Translations under genes and position numbers: made by a program
DNA from: Winogradskyella sp.
GTDB lineage: Bacteria; Bacteroidota; Bacteroidia; Flavobacteriales; Flavobacteriaceae
Length of the DNA stretch: 64,000 nt
NCBI RefSeq assembly: GCF_013213835.1
Contig: NZ_JABSSU010000005.1
Span: 205,294-269,293 of the forward strand
Direction: 5' to 3'
The notes under the pieces: generated by a model
Told to the model about the DNA's origin: nothing
What the model saw: only the letters and a program-made list of their open reading frames with translations
The model's database searches: none
In this document: positions 48,621-58,823 of the stretch, in pieces
Numbering within the stretch: the first letter of the stretch is position 1
How the letters are laid out: each line of letters starts with the position of its first letter

Positions 48621-50300
48621 ATGAAAAACCTAAATAAATATAGCAAAACTGTCACACAAGACCCAACACAACCTGCAGCACAAGCAATGCTTCACGGTAT
48701 TGGATTAACACGTGAAGATTTTGAAAAACCCATTGTAGGAATCGCAAGTACCGGATACGAAGGGAACCCTTGTAACATGCACCTCAACGATTTAGCTAAA
48801 CTTGTAAAAGACGGCACAAAAAATGAAGATGTAATAGGCTTAATTTTCAACACTATTGGTGTTAGTGACGGAATTTCAATGGGAACACCTGGAATGCGGT
48901 ACTCACTACCATCTAGAGATGTTATTGCCGACTCAATGGAAACTGTTGTGCAAGCTATGAGTTATGATGGTCTAGTTACTGTTGTAGGTTGCGACAAAAA
49001 TATGCCTGGTGCCTTAATGGCTATGATTCGTTTGAATCGTCCATCCATTTTAGTATACGGCGGCACAATAGATTCTGGTTGCCATAATGGTAAAAAACTA
49101 GATGTTGTTTCTGCTTTTGAAGCTTGGGGAAGCAAAGTTGCCGGAACCATGGAACAAGAAGAGTTTGAATGCATCGTTAAAAAAGCAATTCCTGGTGCAG
49201 GCGCTTGTGGTGGTATGTACACTGCAAACACTATGGCATCATCAATAGAAGCTTTAGGTATGGCACTACCTTTTAACTCATCAAATCCTGCGATGAGTCA
49301 AGCAAAGCAAGACGAAGCTGTAAAAGCGGGTGAAGCCATGCGTGTTTTGCTAGAAAAAGACATTAAACCTTCAGATATCATAACAAGGAAGTCTTTAGAA
49401 AACGCCATACGTCTAATTACAATTTTAGGTGGCTCAACCAATGCTGTTCTTCACTTTTTAGCTATTGCGAGAGCAGCAAATATCGATTTCACTTTAGAAG
49501 ATTTTCAAAAAGTAAGTGATGACACACCATTTTTAGCAGACTTAAAACCTAGCGGTAAGTATCTAATGGAAGACGTACACAAAGTTGGTGGAATTCCGGC
49601 GGTGCTTAAATACCTTTTAAACAAAGGACTATTGTATGGTGATTGTTTAACCGTAACTGGTAAAACACTTGCAGAAAACCTTGCTGATGTAAAAGACCTA
49701 ACTGAAGGGCAAGACGTTATTAAACCACTAGAACAACCTATAAAAACCACAGGACACCTTAGAATGCTTTACGGCAACCTTGCTACTGAAGGTAGTGTAG
49801 CAAAAATTACTGGTAAAGAAGGGTTAAAGTTTACAGGAAAAGCAAAAGTATTTGAAGGCGAATACGATGCTAATGACGGCATTAGAGAAGGTAAAGTAAA
49901 GAAAGGTGACGTTGTAGTTATTAGATACGAAGGCCCAAAAGGTGGCCCAGGAATGCCAGAAATGTTAAAACCAACAGCTGCAATAATGGGTGCTGGCTTA
50001 GGAAAAGATGTAGCGCTAATTACAGATGGACGTTTCTCTGGCGGAACACACGGTTTTGTTGTAGGACACATTACACCAGAAGCACAAGAAGGCGGAACAA
50101 TAGCATTAGTTAAAGATGGCGATACAATCACTATTGATGCTGAAACCAACACAATTTCTCTAGAAGTGTCTGATGAAGAACTAAAAGAAAGAAAAGCAGA
50201 ATGGCAAGCGCCAGATTTAAAAGTAAAACGTGGTGTACTTTACAAATACGCAAGATCTGTATCATCAGCATCTAAAGGCTGTGTAACGGACGAATTCTAA
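48621..50300 (+). CDS. ilvD: Dihydroxy-acid dehydratase
   Basis: 559 aa. IlvD/Edd family with the GCDKNMPG motif. Confidence 0.95.
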   Translation: MKNLNKYSKTVTQDPTQPAAQAMLHGIGLTREDFEKPIVGIASTGYEGNPCNMHLNDLAKLVKDGTKNEDVIGLIFNTIGVSDGISMGTPGMRYSLPSRDVIADSMETVVQAMSYDGLVTVVGCDKNMPGALMAMIRLNRPSILVYGGTIDSGCHNGKKLDVVSAFEAWGSKVAGTMEQEEFECIVKKAIPGAGACGGMYTANTMASSIEALGMALPFNSSNPAMSQAKQDEAVKAGEAMRVLLEKDIKPSDIITRKSLENAIRLITILGGSTNAVLHFLAIARAANIDFTLEDFQKVSDDTPFLADLKPSGKYLMEDVHKVGGIPAVLKYLLNKGLLYGDCLTVTGKTLAENLADVKDLTEGQDVIKPLEQPIKTTGHLRMLYGNLATEGSVAKITGKEGLKFTGKAKVFEGEYDANDGIREGKVKKGDVVVIRYEGPKGGPGMPEMLKPTAAIMGAGLGKDVALITDGRFSGGTHGFVVGHITPEAQEGGTIALVKDGDTITIDAETNTISLEVSDEELKERKAEWQAPDLKVKRGVLYKYARSVSSASKGCVTDEF

Positions 50301-50307
50301 AGATGTC

Positions 50308-50329
50308 ACTCTGAGCGCAGTCGAAGAGT
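50308..50329 (+). repeat. Short intergenic stem-loop element (loop GAGCGCAGTCGA, stem ACTCT/AGAGT), copy 2 of 3
   Basis: actct-GAGCGCAGTCGA-agagt in the 45-nt ilvD-ilvB spacer. Confidence 0.6.
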
Positions 50330-50345
50330 CTTTAAAAGATAAAAT

Positions 50346-52082
50346 ATGAAAGAAACTCAAACTATAGAATCTACAAATAAGGTGACAAAAACTACAGAAC
50401 GCATTACTGGTAGCCAAGCCATTGTAAGATGCCTCATTGAAGAAGGCGTAAAAGTACTTTACGGTTATCCTGGTGGTGCAATTATGCCAGTATATGATGA
50501 GCTATATAAATATCAAGATAAAATTCATCATGTCTTAACACGTCACGAGCAAGGTGCAACGCATGCTGCTCAAGGCTATGCAAGAATCTCAAACGGAGTT
50601 GGTGTTGCTATGGCGACTTCTGGTCCAGGCGCAACAAACCTCATTACAGGTATTGCAGACGCACAGATAGATTCTACACCAATGGTTTGTATTACAGGTC
50701 AAGTACCTTCTCAACTTCTGGGAAGCGATGCGTTTCAAGAAACAGATATCGTTGGTATTTCTACGCCAATCACTAAATGGAATCATCAAATTACAAAAGC
50801 TTCTGAAATCCCAGAAGTCATTGCTAAAGCATTTTATATTGCTAAAAGTGGTCGTCCAGGTCCAGTTTTGGTAGATATCACTAAAGATGCTCAATTTGAA
50901 GAATTCGATTTTTCCTATAAAAAATGTAAAGGTGTTCGCAGTTACAAAGCGGTTCCAAAAACAGACGCTTCTAAAATTGAAGAAGCTGCAAAACTAATTA
51001 ATGCTGCTAAAAAACCATTAGTTGTTTGGGGACAAGGTGTGATTCTTGGTGAAGCTGAAGAAGAATTTAAAGCTGTAATTGAGAAAGCTGGTTTACCGGC
51101 TGCATGGACAATTCTTGGTGCTTCAGCAATACCTACTTCTCACCCATTAAACGTTGGTATGGTAGGTATGCACGGTAATTACGCACCAAATGTTTTAACC
51201 AACGAATGCGACGTATTAATAGCTATCGGAATGCGTTTTGATGACCGAGTAACTGGTAGTCTAAACACTTACGCCAAGCAAGCCAAAGTGATTCATTTTG
51301 AAATAGACCCAGCTGAAGTTGATAAAAATGTAAAGACTGATGTTGCGGTTTTAGGTGATGCCAAAGAAAGTCTATCACAATTATTGCCATTATTAAATGA
51401 AAACACACATGAAGATTGGCATCAAAAATTTAAAGATTTATATAAAATTGAATACGATAAAGTCATAAAAGATGACCTTCACCCAACAAAAGACGGTTTA
51501 ACTATGGGTGAAGTTTTAAAAGAAATAAATACTTACACAAAAGGTGAAGCTGCAATTGTTACAGACGTTGGTCAACATCAAATGATTGCTTGTCGCTATG
51601 CGGAATTCAATACTTCTAAGAGCAATATTACTTCTGGTGGATTAGGAACTATGGGCTTTGGCTTACCAGCCGCAATTGGCGCAAAAATGGCTGCACCAGA
51701 ACGCGAAGTGGTTTCAATTAGTGGTGATGGCGGCTATCAAATGACCATTCAAGAATTAGGCACTATTTTTCAACAAAGAGTTGCTGTAAAAGTCGTGGTA
51801 CTTAACAATGATTTTCTTGGCATGGTAAGACAATGGCAACAACTATTTTTTGATAAGCGTTACGCTTCAACTGAAATGACTAATCCAGATTTTGTAACTA
51901 TTGCCAAAGGGTATTACATCAATGCAAAACGGGTTACAAAACGCGAAGAATTAGCCGATGCAGTTAAGAAAATGATAGAAAGTAAAGAACCTTACTTCTT
52001 AGAAGTTTGTGTAGAAAAAGAAGATAATGTATTCCCGATGGTACCTTCTGGTGCTTCGGTATCAGACATAAGACTAGAATAA
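50346..52082 (+). CDS. ilvB: Acetolactate synthase large subunit
   Basis: 578 aa. ThDP enzyme with the ThDP motif SGDGGYQMTIQELGT...VLNN. Confidence 0.95.
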   Translation: MKETQTIESTNKVTKTTERITGSQAIVRCLIEEGVKVLYGYPGGAIMPVYDELYKYQDKIHHVLTRHEQGATHAAQGYARISNGVGVAMATSGPGATNLITGIADAQIDSTPMVCITGQVPSQLLGSDAFQETDIVGISTPITKWNHQITKASEIPEVIAKAFYIAKSGRPGPVLVDITKDAQFEEFDFSYKKCKGVRSYKAVPKTDASKIEEAAKLINAAKKPLVVWGQGVILGEAEEEFKAVIEKAGLPAAWTILGASAIPTSHPLNVGMVGMHGNYAPNVLTNECDVLIAIGMRFDDRVTGSLNTYAKQAKVIHFEIDPAEVDKNVKTDVAVLGDAKESLSQLLPLLNENTHEDWHQKFKDLYKIEYDKVIKDDLHPTKDGLTMGEVLKEINTYTKGEAAIVTDVGQHQMIACRYAEFNTSKSNITSGGLGTMGFGLPAAIGAKMAAPEREVVSISGDGGYQMTIQELGTIFQQRVAVKVVVLNNDFLGMVRQWQQLFFDKRYASTEMTNPDFVTIAKGYYINAKRVTKREELADAVKKMIESKEPYFLEVCVEKEDNVFPMVPSGASVSDIRLE

Positions 52083-52136
52083 GTCCATAATGGACATTAA
52101 AAATATCGCATTGAGATGTCAAGCTAAGCAAGCCTG

Positions 52137-52156
52137 TGCTGAGCGTAGTCGAAGCA
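52137..52156 (+). repeat. Short intergenic stem-loop element (loop GAGCGTAGTCGA, stem TGCT/AGCA), copy 3 of 3
   Basis: tgct-GAGCGTAGTCGA-agca in the 115-nt ilvB-ilvN spacer. Confidence 0.6.
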
Positions 52157-52197
52157 TCGAAGCTTAATCAAAATGTAAAAGCATATTTAATATCAAA

Positions 52198-52728
52198 ATG
52201 AGCGAAGAAATAAAACAATTTACAGTATCCGTTTATACTGAAAACAATATTGGTTTACTCAATAGAATATCAGCGATATTCCAAAGAAGACACATCAATA
52301 TTGAAAGTATAAATTCTTCTGTTTCTGAGATTGAAGGTGTTTCAAGATTTACAATTGTTGTAAATATTACCGAATCTCAAATGAAAAAATTCATAGGTCA
52401 GATAGAGAAGCAAATCGAAGTGATTAAGGCATTCTATCACACCGAAGAAGAAACGATTTATCAAGAATCTTGCATGTTCAAAATAAAGTCAGATTTATTA
52501 TTTGAAGAACGTCAAATTCAAAATATCATCAAAGAAAGTGGTGCAAGAATCGTTACCGTAAACAGAGAGTTTTTTGTTTTGGAAAAATCAGGACGAAAAG
52601 AAGAAATAGAATTATTACATAGAGAATTAAGCGCCTTTGGCATCATGCAATTTACGCGTTCAGGAAGAATTGCGGTGACTAAAGACGAAATGAAAATATC
52701 ATCAATGCTAGAAGCATTTCAACACTAA
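52198..52728 (+). CDS. ilvN: Acetolactate synthase small (regulatory) subunit
   Basis: 176 aa. N-terminal ACT domain (VSVYTENNIGLLNRISAIFQRRHINIES). Confidence 0.9.
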   Translation: MSEEIKQFTVSVYTENNIGLLNRISAIFQRRHINIESINSSVSEIEGVSRFTIVVNITESQMKKFIGQIEKQIEVIKAFYHTEEETIYQESCMFKIKSDLLFEERQIQNIIKESGARIVTVNREFFVLEKSGRKEEIELLHRELSAFGIMQFTRSGRIAVTKDEMKISSMLEAFQH

Positions 52729-52743
52729 AAAAGAAAGAAGAAA

Positions 52744-54243
52744 ATGTCAAATTATTTTAACACATTATCATTAAGAGAACAATTAGGACAGTTAGGAAAG
52801 TGTCGTTTTATGGATGCTTCAGAATTTGAAGATGGCGTTGATTCGCTTTTAGGCAAAAAGATTGTCATTGTAGGTTGTGGTGCTCAAGGGCTTAACCAAG
52901 GTTTAAACATGAGAGATTCTGGTTTAGATATTTCCTACGCATTAAGACAAGCTGCCATTGACGAACAACGTGCTTCATATAAAAATGCAACATCAAACGA
53001 TTTTAATATTGGTACTTATGAAGAATTAATTCCAACAGCTGATTTGGTATTGAATCTTACACCAGACAAGCAACACACTAACGTTGTAGCTTCTGTTATG
53101 CCATTAATGAAACAAGGCGCTACATTAAGTTATTCTCATGGTTTTAATATTGTAGAAGAAGGCACAAAAATTCGTGAAGACATTACAGTAATTATGGTGG
53201 CACCAAAATGTCCTGGAACTGAAGTTAGAGAGGAATACAAACGTGGATTTGGTGTACCAACTTTAATTGCTGTACATCCAGAAAACGACCCAGAAAACAA
53301 AGGTTGGGCACAAGCAAAAGCTTATGCCGTTGCCACTGGTGGACATAGAGCGGGCGTACTAGAATCATCTTTTATTGCTGAAGTAAAAAGTGATTTAATG
53401 GGTGAACAAACTATTCTTTGTGGTTTGCTTCAAACTGGTGCGATTCTATCGTTTGACAAAATGGTAGCCGAAGGTATTGAAGCTGGTTATGCTGCAAAAT
53501 TAATTCAGTTTGGTTGGGAAACGATTACTGAAGCTTTAAAACATGGTGGTATCACTAATATGATGGATAGATTATCTAATCCTGCAAAAATTAAAGCGTT
53601 TGAATTGTCTGAAGAATTAAAGGGTATTATGCGTCCATTATTCCAAAAACATATGGACGATATCATCTCTGGTTATTTCTCAAAAACTATGATGGAAGAT
53701 TGGGCAAATGACGATGTTAATCTTTTAAAATGGCGTGCTGCTACAGGAGAAACAGCTTTTGAAAAAACAGCCTTAACAACAGACCATATTACAGAACAAG
53801 AATATTTTGACCACGGTGTATTGTTAGTAGCATTTGTAAAATCTGGTGTTGAGTTAGCTTTCGAAACTATGGTAAGCGCAGGTATTATTGAAGATTCTGC
53901 TTATTATGAGTCATTGCACGAATTACCATTGATTGCAAACACTATTGCAAGAAAAAAATTATTTGAAATGAACCGAGTTATTTCTGACACTGCGGAATAT
54001 GGTTGTTACTTATTTGACCATGCATGTAAGCCATTATTAGAAGACTTTATGAAAACTGTAGATACATCAATTATTGGCAAGCCTTTTGCTTCGATACATG
54101 GTGTTGATAATATTGAATTGATAGCCGTAAATGATGCGATTAGAAATCATCCTATTGAAGCAGTTGGTAAACGCCTAAGAGCTGCCATGACTGCGATGAA
54201 AACTATAAAATCTGAAGAAGTTAAAGAAACAGCTTTAGCTTAA
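52744..54243 (+). CDS. ilvC: Ketol-acid reductoisomerase, long class II form
   Basis: 499 aa. Long stretches match remembered E. coli IlvC ([73 protein letters not shown]). Confidence 0.95.
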   Translation: MSNYFNTLSLREQLGQLGKCRFMDASEFEDGVDSLLGKKIVIVGCGAQGLNQGLNMRDSGLDISYALRQAAIDEQRASYKNATSNDFNIGTYEELIPTADLVLNLTPDKQHTNVVASVMPLMKQGATLSYSHGFNIVEEGTKIREDITVIMVAPKCPGTEVREEYKRGFGVPTLIAVHPENDPENKGWAQAKAYAVATGGHRAGVLESSFIAEVKSDLMGEQTILCGLLQTGAILSFDKMVAEGIEAGYAAKLIQFGWETITEALKHGGITNMMDRLSNPAKIKAFELSEELKGIMRPLFQKHMDDIISGYFSKTMMEDWANDDVNLLKWRAATGETAFEKTALTTDHITEQEYFDHGVLLVAFVKSGVELAFETMVSAGIIEDSAYYESLHELPLIANTIARKKLFEMNRVISDTAEYGCYLFDHACKPLLEDFMKTVDTSIIGKPFASIHGVDNIELIAVNDAIRNHPIEAVGKRLRAAMTAMKTIKSEEVKETALA

Positions 54244-54259
54244 TAGAAGGATTGTGATT

Positions 54260-54273
54260 CCTGCGAAAGCAGG
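54260..54273. repeat. GC-rich intergenic hairpin (CCTGC-gaaa-GCAGG)
   Basis: Perfect 5-bp stem with a GAAA loop, preceded by gatt, in the ilvC-ilvA spacer. Confidence 0.55.
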
Positions 54274-54306
54274 CATCTCTTTTATTAAAATTTGAATAAT
54301 TTAATA

Positions 54307-54327
54307 AATTCCCGCTTTTGCGGGAAT
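54307..54327. repeat. GC-rich intergenic hairpin (aattCCCGC-tttt-GCGGGaatt)
   Basis: Perfect 9-bp stem with a 4-nt loop (no flanking U-run), ending 6 nt before the ilvA ATG. Confidence 0.6.
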
Positions 54328-54332
54328 TCATT

Positions 54333-55601
54333 ATGAAAGAAACAACAACCACATACAAACCAACATTAAAAGCAGTAGAAGCTGCTGCCGAAAAACTAAA
54401 AGGTATTGCCTCGGTAACACCTTTAATGAAGAATGCTCAGTATTCTAAAAAGTTTGATGCTAATATATTTTTTAAAAGAGAAGACTTACAAGAAGTACGT
54501 TCCTATAAAATAAGAGGTGCATATAATAAAATCTCTTCTTTAAGTGCTACTCAAATTGAAAACGAAATTGTATGTGCAAGTGCAGGAAATCATGCGCAAG
54601 GCGTAGCAATTTCTTGCAAACTATTAAAGATAAAAGGCACTATTTTTATGCCTTCACCAACACCAAAACAAAAGATTGAACAGGTAAAAATGTTTGGTGA
54701 AGATTTTATTAATGTCGTTTTAGTGGGCGATACTTTTGATGACGCCTATCACGCCGCAATGGAAGAATGTGAGCGACTTAACAAAACCTTTATTCATCCG
54801 TTTAATGACGAAAAAGTAATTGAAGGACAAGCCACTGTTGGTTTAGAAATTATAGACCAAACCATAGCACATCCAATACATTATGTTTTTGTACCTGTTG
54901 GTGGTGGCGGATTATCTGCTGGTTTATCTAGTGTGTTTAAATTACTTTCACCGCAAACAAAAATCATTGGTGTAGAACCAAAAGGCGCACCTTCCATGGC
55001 TACTTCTATCAGAAATGACAGAGTTACCATGCTAAATTCTATTGAAAACTTTGTAGATGGCGCAGCAGTAAAACGCGTTGGTGATTTAAACTTTGCTATT
55101 TGTAAAGATACATTATCCTATATTGTGACTGTTGATGAAGGTAAAGTTTGTCAAACCATATTAGACCTTTACAACAAAGACGCCATCGTGGTTGAACCTG
55201 CCGGTGCATTAAGCTTATCTGCTTTAGACCAATACAAAGAAGAGATTAAAGGTAAAAATGTGGTTTGCGTTATTAGCGGTAGCAATAACGATATTACTAG
55301 GACTGCCGAAATCAAAGAACGTGCTTTACTTTATGCTAACTTAAAGCATTACTTCATTATTAAGTTTCCTCAGCGCGCTGGTGCATTAAGAGAGTTTGTA
55401 ACGACTATTCTAGGCCCAGAAGATGATATCACACACTTTGAATACACTAAAAAAGTAAACCGAGAAAAAGATGTTGCTGTTGTTGGACTTCAACTCAAAT
55501 CACCTGAAGACTTAGAACCTTTAATTACTAAAATGAAGCTTCATAAATTCTTTGGTGATTACTTGAATGATAAGCCAGATTTGTTTCAGTTTTTGGTGTA
55601 A
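54333..55601 (+). CDS. ilvA: Threonine ammonia-lyase (biosynthetic threonine dehydratase)
   Basis: PLP-Lys motif SYKIRGA, a GGGGL loop and a C-terminal ACT-like regulatory domain. I use the ATG at 54333; the track start at 54318 is a TTG inside the hairpin. Confidence 0.92.
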   Translation: MKETTTTYKPTLKAVEAAAEKLKGIASVTPLMKNAQYSKKFDANIFFKREDLQEVRSYKIRGAYNKISSLSATQIENEIVCASAGNHAQGVAISCKLLKIKGTIFMPSPTPKQKIEQVKMFGEDFINVVLVGDTFDDAYHAAMEECERLNKTFIHPFNDEKVIEGQATVGLEIIDQTIAHPIHYVFVPVGGGGLSAGLSSVFKLLSPQTKIIGVEPKGAPSMATSIRNDRVTMLNSIENFVDGAAVKRVGDLNFAICKDTLSYIVTVDEGKVCQTILDLYNKDAIVVEPAGALSLSALDQYKEEIKGKNVVCVISGSNNDITRTAEIKERALLYANLKHYFIIKFPQRAGALREFVTTILGPEDDITHFEYTKKVNREKDVAVVGLQLKSPEDLEPLITKMKLHKFFGDYLNDKPDLFQFLV

Positions 55602-55669
55602 GTTAACATTTGGTTAACCAACTGCAAATCAACAATATCTTAACTTCGTGGGTTTCAAAATGAATTGTT

Positions 55670-57262
55670 ATGACATCAACTTTCAACGAAATCCCAAAAG
55701 CCTATATAATTGATAAGTTAACACATCAAAAGACTTATCTTTTAAACGGCGAACTTATAGAATGGACAGGAAATACATCTGACATCTATTCTACAATTTC
55801 ATCAACAGAAGAGTACAAACCAACACTTTTAGGAAGTATCCCTGTATTAACAGAAAAAGAGGCGCTTTTAGCTTTAGACGCAGCTTCTGATGCTTTTGGT
55901 AAAGGGAAAGGACTTTGGCCTACTATGAAGGTTGCTGACAGAATATCGTGCATGGAAAAGTTTGTGACTCAGATGAAAACCAAACGTGATGAAGTAGTCA
56001 AACTATTGATGTGGGAAATTGGAAAAAATCTTTCTGATTCTGAAAAAGAATTTGATCGAACTGTAGAATACATCTATGATACCATCGAAGATTATAAAGA
56101 AATGGATCGTAATAGTGCTAAATTTGAAAAGCATAGTGGAGTTCGTGCCCATATAAGACGTGGACCTTTAGGTGTTGTACTTTGCCTAGGACCATACAAT
56201 TATCCACTCAATGAAACCTTTGCACTCTTAATTCCTGCATTAATCATGGGGAATACCGCTATTTTTAAACCTGCTAAATATGGTGTACTCTTACTATCAC
56301 CTCTTATTGAAGCATTTCAGAATAGTTTCCCAAAAGGCGTAGTAAATATACTTTTTGGTAGAGGTCGCACTGTAGCTACACCAATTATGAAAGACGGTCG
56401 TGTAGATGTACTTGCATTAATTGGACATAGCAATTCTGCAAATGCCCTGCAAGATATACATCCAAAAAGCAATAGATTAAGAATGGTTTTAGGATTGGAA
56501 GCTAACAATCCAGCAATTGTATTACCAGATGCCGATTTAGAACTTACAATTAAAGAATGTGTGAACGGAACGACCTCTTTTAATGGACAGAGATGTACCG
56601 CATTAAAAGTATTATATGTTCATGAAAACATTATTGAAGATTTTAATAAGCGATTCTGTGAAGCTATTGACGCACTTAAATTTGGGAATCCATGGGATAA
56701 TGGCGTACAACTTACACCACTTCCTGAACCTGACAAACCAAATTACATTCAAGAATTAATTGACGACTCCATTGCTCAAGGGGCTAAAATAATAAACAAG
56801 AAAGGTGGCCTTAGAACAGAAAACTATATTTTCCCAGCCGTAATGTATCCTGCCAAAAATGAGATGCGCGTTTGCGAGGAAGAACAATTTGGACCTATAA
56901 TACCAATAATACCCTTTAAAAATATCGAGGAACCTCTTGATGATATGGCATCATCAAATTACGGACAACAAGTAAGCCTATTCGGTAAAGATATTAATAC
57001 GCTTGCCCCTTTAATTGACACTTTAGTGAACTTAGTTTGTAGAGTGAACCTAAATAGTTCTTGCCAGCGAGGTCCTGATGTATATCCTTTTACAGGACGT
57101 AAAGATTCTGCTGTGGCAACCTTGAGTGTCCATGATGCGTTAAGATCATTCTCAATTAGAACCTTTGTAGCTTCAAAAGATAATGAGTATAACAATAACA
57201 TACTTAAAGAACTTCTAGATTCTCGAGCTTCAAATTTTGTTAGTACTGATTACCTATTATAA
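55670..57262 (+). CDS. NAD(P)-dependent aldehyde dehydrogenase, GapN-like
   Basis: 530 aa. ALDH catalytic Cys ([10 protein letters not shown]) and Glu (LGLEANNP). Confidence 0.8.
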   Translation: MTSTFNEIPKAYIIDKLTHQKTYLLNGELIEWTGNTSDIYSTISSTEEYKPTLLGSIPVLTEKEALLALDAASDAFGKGKGLWPTMKVADRISCMEKFVTQMKTKRDEVVKLLMWEIGKNLSDSEKEFDRTVEYIYDTIEDYKEMDRNSAKFEKHSGVRAHIRRGPLGVVLCLGPYNYPLNETFALLIPALIMGNTAIFKPAKYGVLLLSPLIEAFQNSFPKGVVNILFGRGRTVATPIMKDGRVDVLALIGHSNSANALQDIHPKSNRLRMVLGLEANNPAIVLPDADLELTIKECVNGTTSFNGQRCTALKVLYVHENIIEDFNKRFCEAIDALKFGNPWDNGVQLTPLPEPDKPNYIQELIDDSIAQGAKIINKKGGLRTENYIFPAVMYPAKNEMRVCEEEQFGPIIPIIPFKNIEEPLDDMASSNYGQQVSLFGKDINTLAPLIDTLVNLVCRVNLNSSCQRGPDVYPFTGRKDSAVATLSVHDALRSFSIRTFVASKDNEYNNNILKELLDSRASNFVSTDYLL

Positions 57263-57267
57263 AAATC

Positions 57268-57296
57268 AAAAAGCATCCGGTAATTCGGATGCTTTT
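57268..57296. terminator. Bidirectional terminator between convergent genes
   Basis: aaaaagcatccg-gtaatt-cggatgctttt: a 7-bp GC-containing stem extended by A/T pairs, with A-rich and T-rich flanks. Confidence 0.75.
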
Positions 57297-57351
57297 CTTC
57301 ATAAACTAATAACACTAATAGCACAAAAGTCACATTAGCTTCTTAAATATT

Positions 57352-58818
57352 TTAAATTCGTGGTAAATCACTGTCATCTTTAAGAGGTAAATTAGATTCA
57401 CCCATTAAATAGGCATCAACATGATGCGCTGCTTGTCTACCTTCTGAAATTGCCCAAACAATTAAGGATTGTCCTCTACGCATATCGCCTGCGGCAAAAA
57501 TGCCATTGACGTTAGTTGCATAGTCTGAAGTAGATGCTTTTATGTTAGTTCTAAAGTCCATTTCTAAACCAAACTGTTCTGCTAATGTATTTTCAGAACC
57601 TGTAAAACCAAGAGCTAACAATACTAAATCACATTCCCATTCTTTTTCAGTATTTGGTAATTCTTTTAATTGTGGCCTTTCGCCTGGTTTAAAAATCCAC
57701 TCAACCTCAACGGTTTTTAAACCCTTTAAATTTCCATCTTTATCACCCAAAAACTCTTTTGTCGACACACTAAAGAAACGCTCAACACCTTCTTGATGTG
57801 ACGAGGTTGTCTTTAGCTTCATTGGCCAATATGGCCATGGTTGATGCGCTGGTCTTCCTTCTGAAGGTTTGCTCAAAATTTCAAAGTTAGTAACCGATTT
57901 TGCACCATGACGATTAGAAGTTCCTATACAATCCGAACCTGTGTCACCACCACCAATTACAATAACATTCTTGTTTTTCGCTGAGATTAATTCTTCAAAC
58001 TCTTTTAAACCATCAACATATTCATTATTCGCTTTTAAGAAATCCATAGCCTGATGCACACCTTTTAAATCTGCACCAGGAATCGGAATCTTTCGTCTTA
58101 CCGTTGCACCACCACAAAGTAATACTGCATCATAATCTTCTTGTAATTGTTTTGTTTGAATATCGATACCAACATAAGTATTAGTCTTAAAAGAAATGCC
58201 TTCTTCTTCTAAAACAGCAACACGTCTATCGATAACATGTTTTTCCATTTTAAAATCAGGAATACCATAACGTAATAAACCTCCAACTTTAGCATCACGC
58301 TCAAAAACAGTTACCCTATGTCCTGCTCTATTTAATTGCTGAGCTGCAGCTAAACCTGCTGGCCCAGAACCAATAATTGCCACTGTTTTATCTGTTCTTA
58401 TTTTTGGCGGATTGGCTTTAATCCATCCTTCTTTAAATGCAGTTTCAACAATATTCTTTTCAATATTCTCAATAGTTACTGGGTCTTCATTGATACCAAG
58501 CACACAAGCCTCTTCGCATGGTGCAGGACATAATCTACCTGTAAACTCAGGGAAATTATTGGTCTTATGTAGAATTTCTGCCGCTTCTTTCCATTTGCCA
58601 TTATAAACATTATCATTAAAATCTGGTATTAAATTACCAAGCGGACAACCACTATGACAAAACGGAATACCACAATCCATACATCTTGCCCCTTGCTCTT
58701 TTAGCTTCGGTTCATCTAAAGCAATGGTAAATTCTTTATAATTCTTTATTCGGCTTTTTGGTGTTATATAACCTTCAACCTCTCTTTTATATTCTAAAAA
58801 TCCTGTTGTCTTTCCCAT
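57352..58818 (-). CDS. gltD: Glutamate synthase small subunit
   Basis: 488 aa. N-terminal Cys clusters (CMDCGIPFCHSGCP). Two dinucleotide folds (GSGPAGLAAA, GGGDTGSD). Confidence 0.95.
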   Translation of the reverse strand: MGKTTGFLEYKREVEGYITPKSRIKNYKEFTIALDEPKLKEQGARCMDCGIPFCHSGCPLGNLIPDFNDNVYNGKWKEAAEILHKTNNFPEFTGRLCPAPCEEACVLGINEDPVTIENIEKNIVETAFKEGWIKANPPKIRTDKTVAIIGSGPAGLAAAQQLNRAGHRVTVFERDAKVGGLLRYGIPDFKMEKHVIDRRVAVLEEEGISFKTNTYVGIDIQTKQLQEDYDAVLLCGGATVRRKIPIPGADLKGVHQAMDFLKANNEYVDGLKEFEELISAKNKNVIVIGGGDTGSDCIGTSNRHGAKSVTNFEILSKPSEGRPAHQPWPYWPMKLKTTSSHQEGVERFFSVSTKEFLGDKDGNLKGLKTVEVEWIFKPGERPQLKELPNTEKEWECDLVLLALGFTGSENTLAEQFGLEMDFRTNIKASTSDYATNVNGIFAAGDMRRGQSLIVWAISEGRQAAHHVDAYLMGESNLPLKDDSDLPRI

Positions 58819-58823
58819 GCTTC

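Noticed and set aside
48962-50152. Antisense ORFs inside ilvD (48962-49231, 49505-49750, 49769-50152) and similar ones inside ilvB, gltD, gltB, DPP-IV and ppiD
   Set aside because: All are shorter than, and nested in, strongly supported genes on the opposite strand, and none has recognisable motifs.
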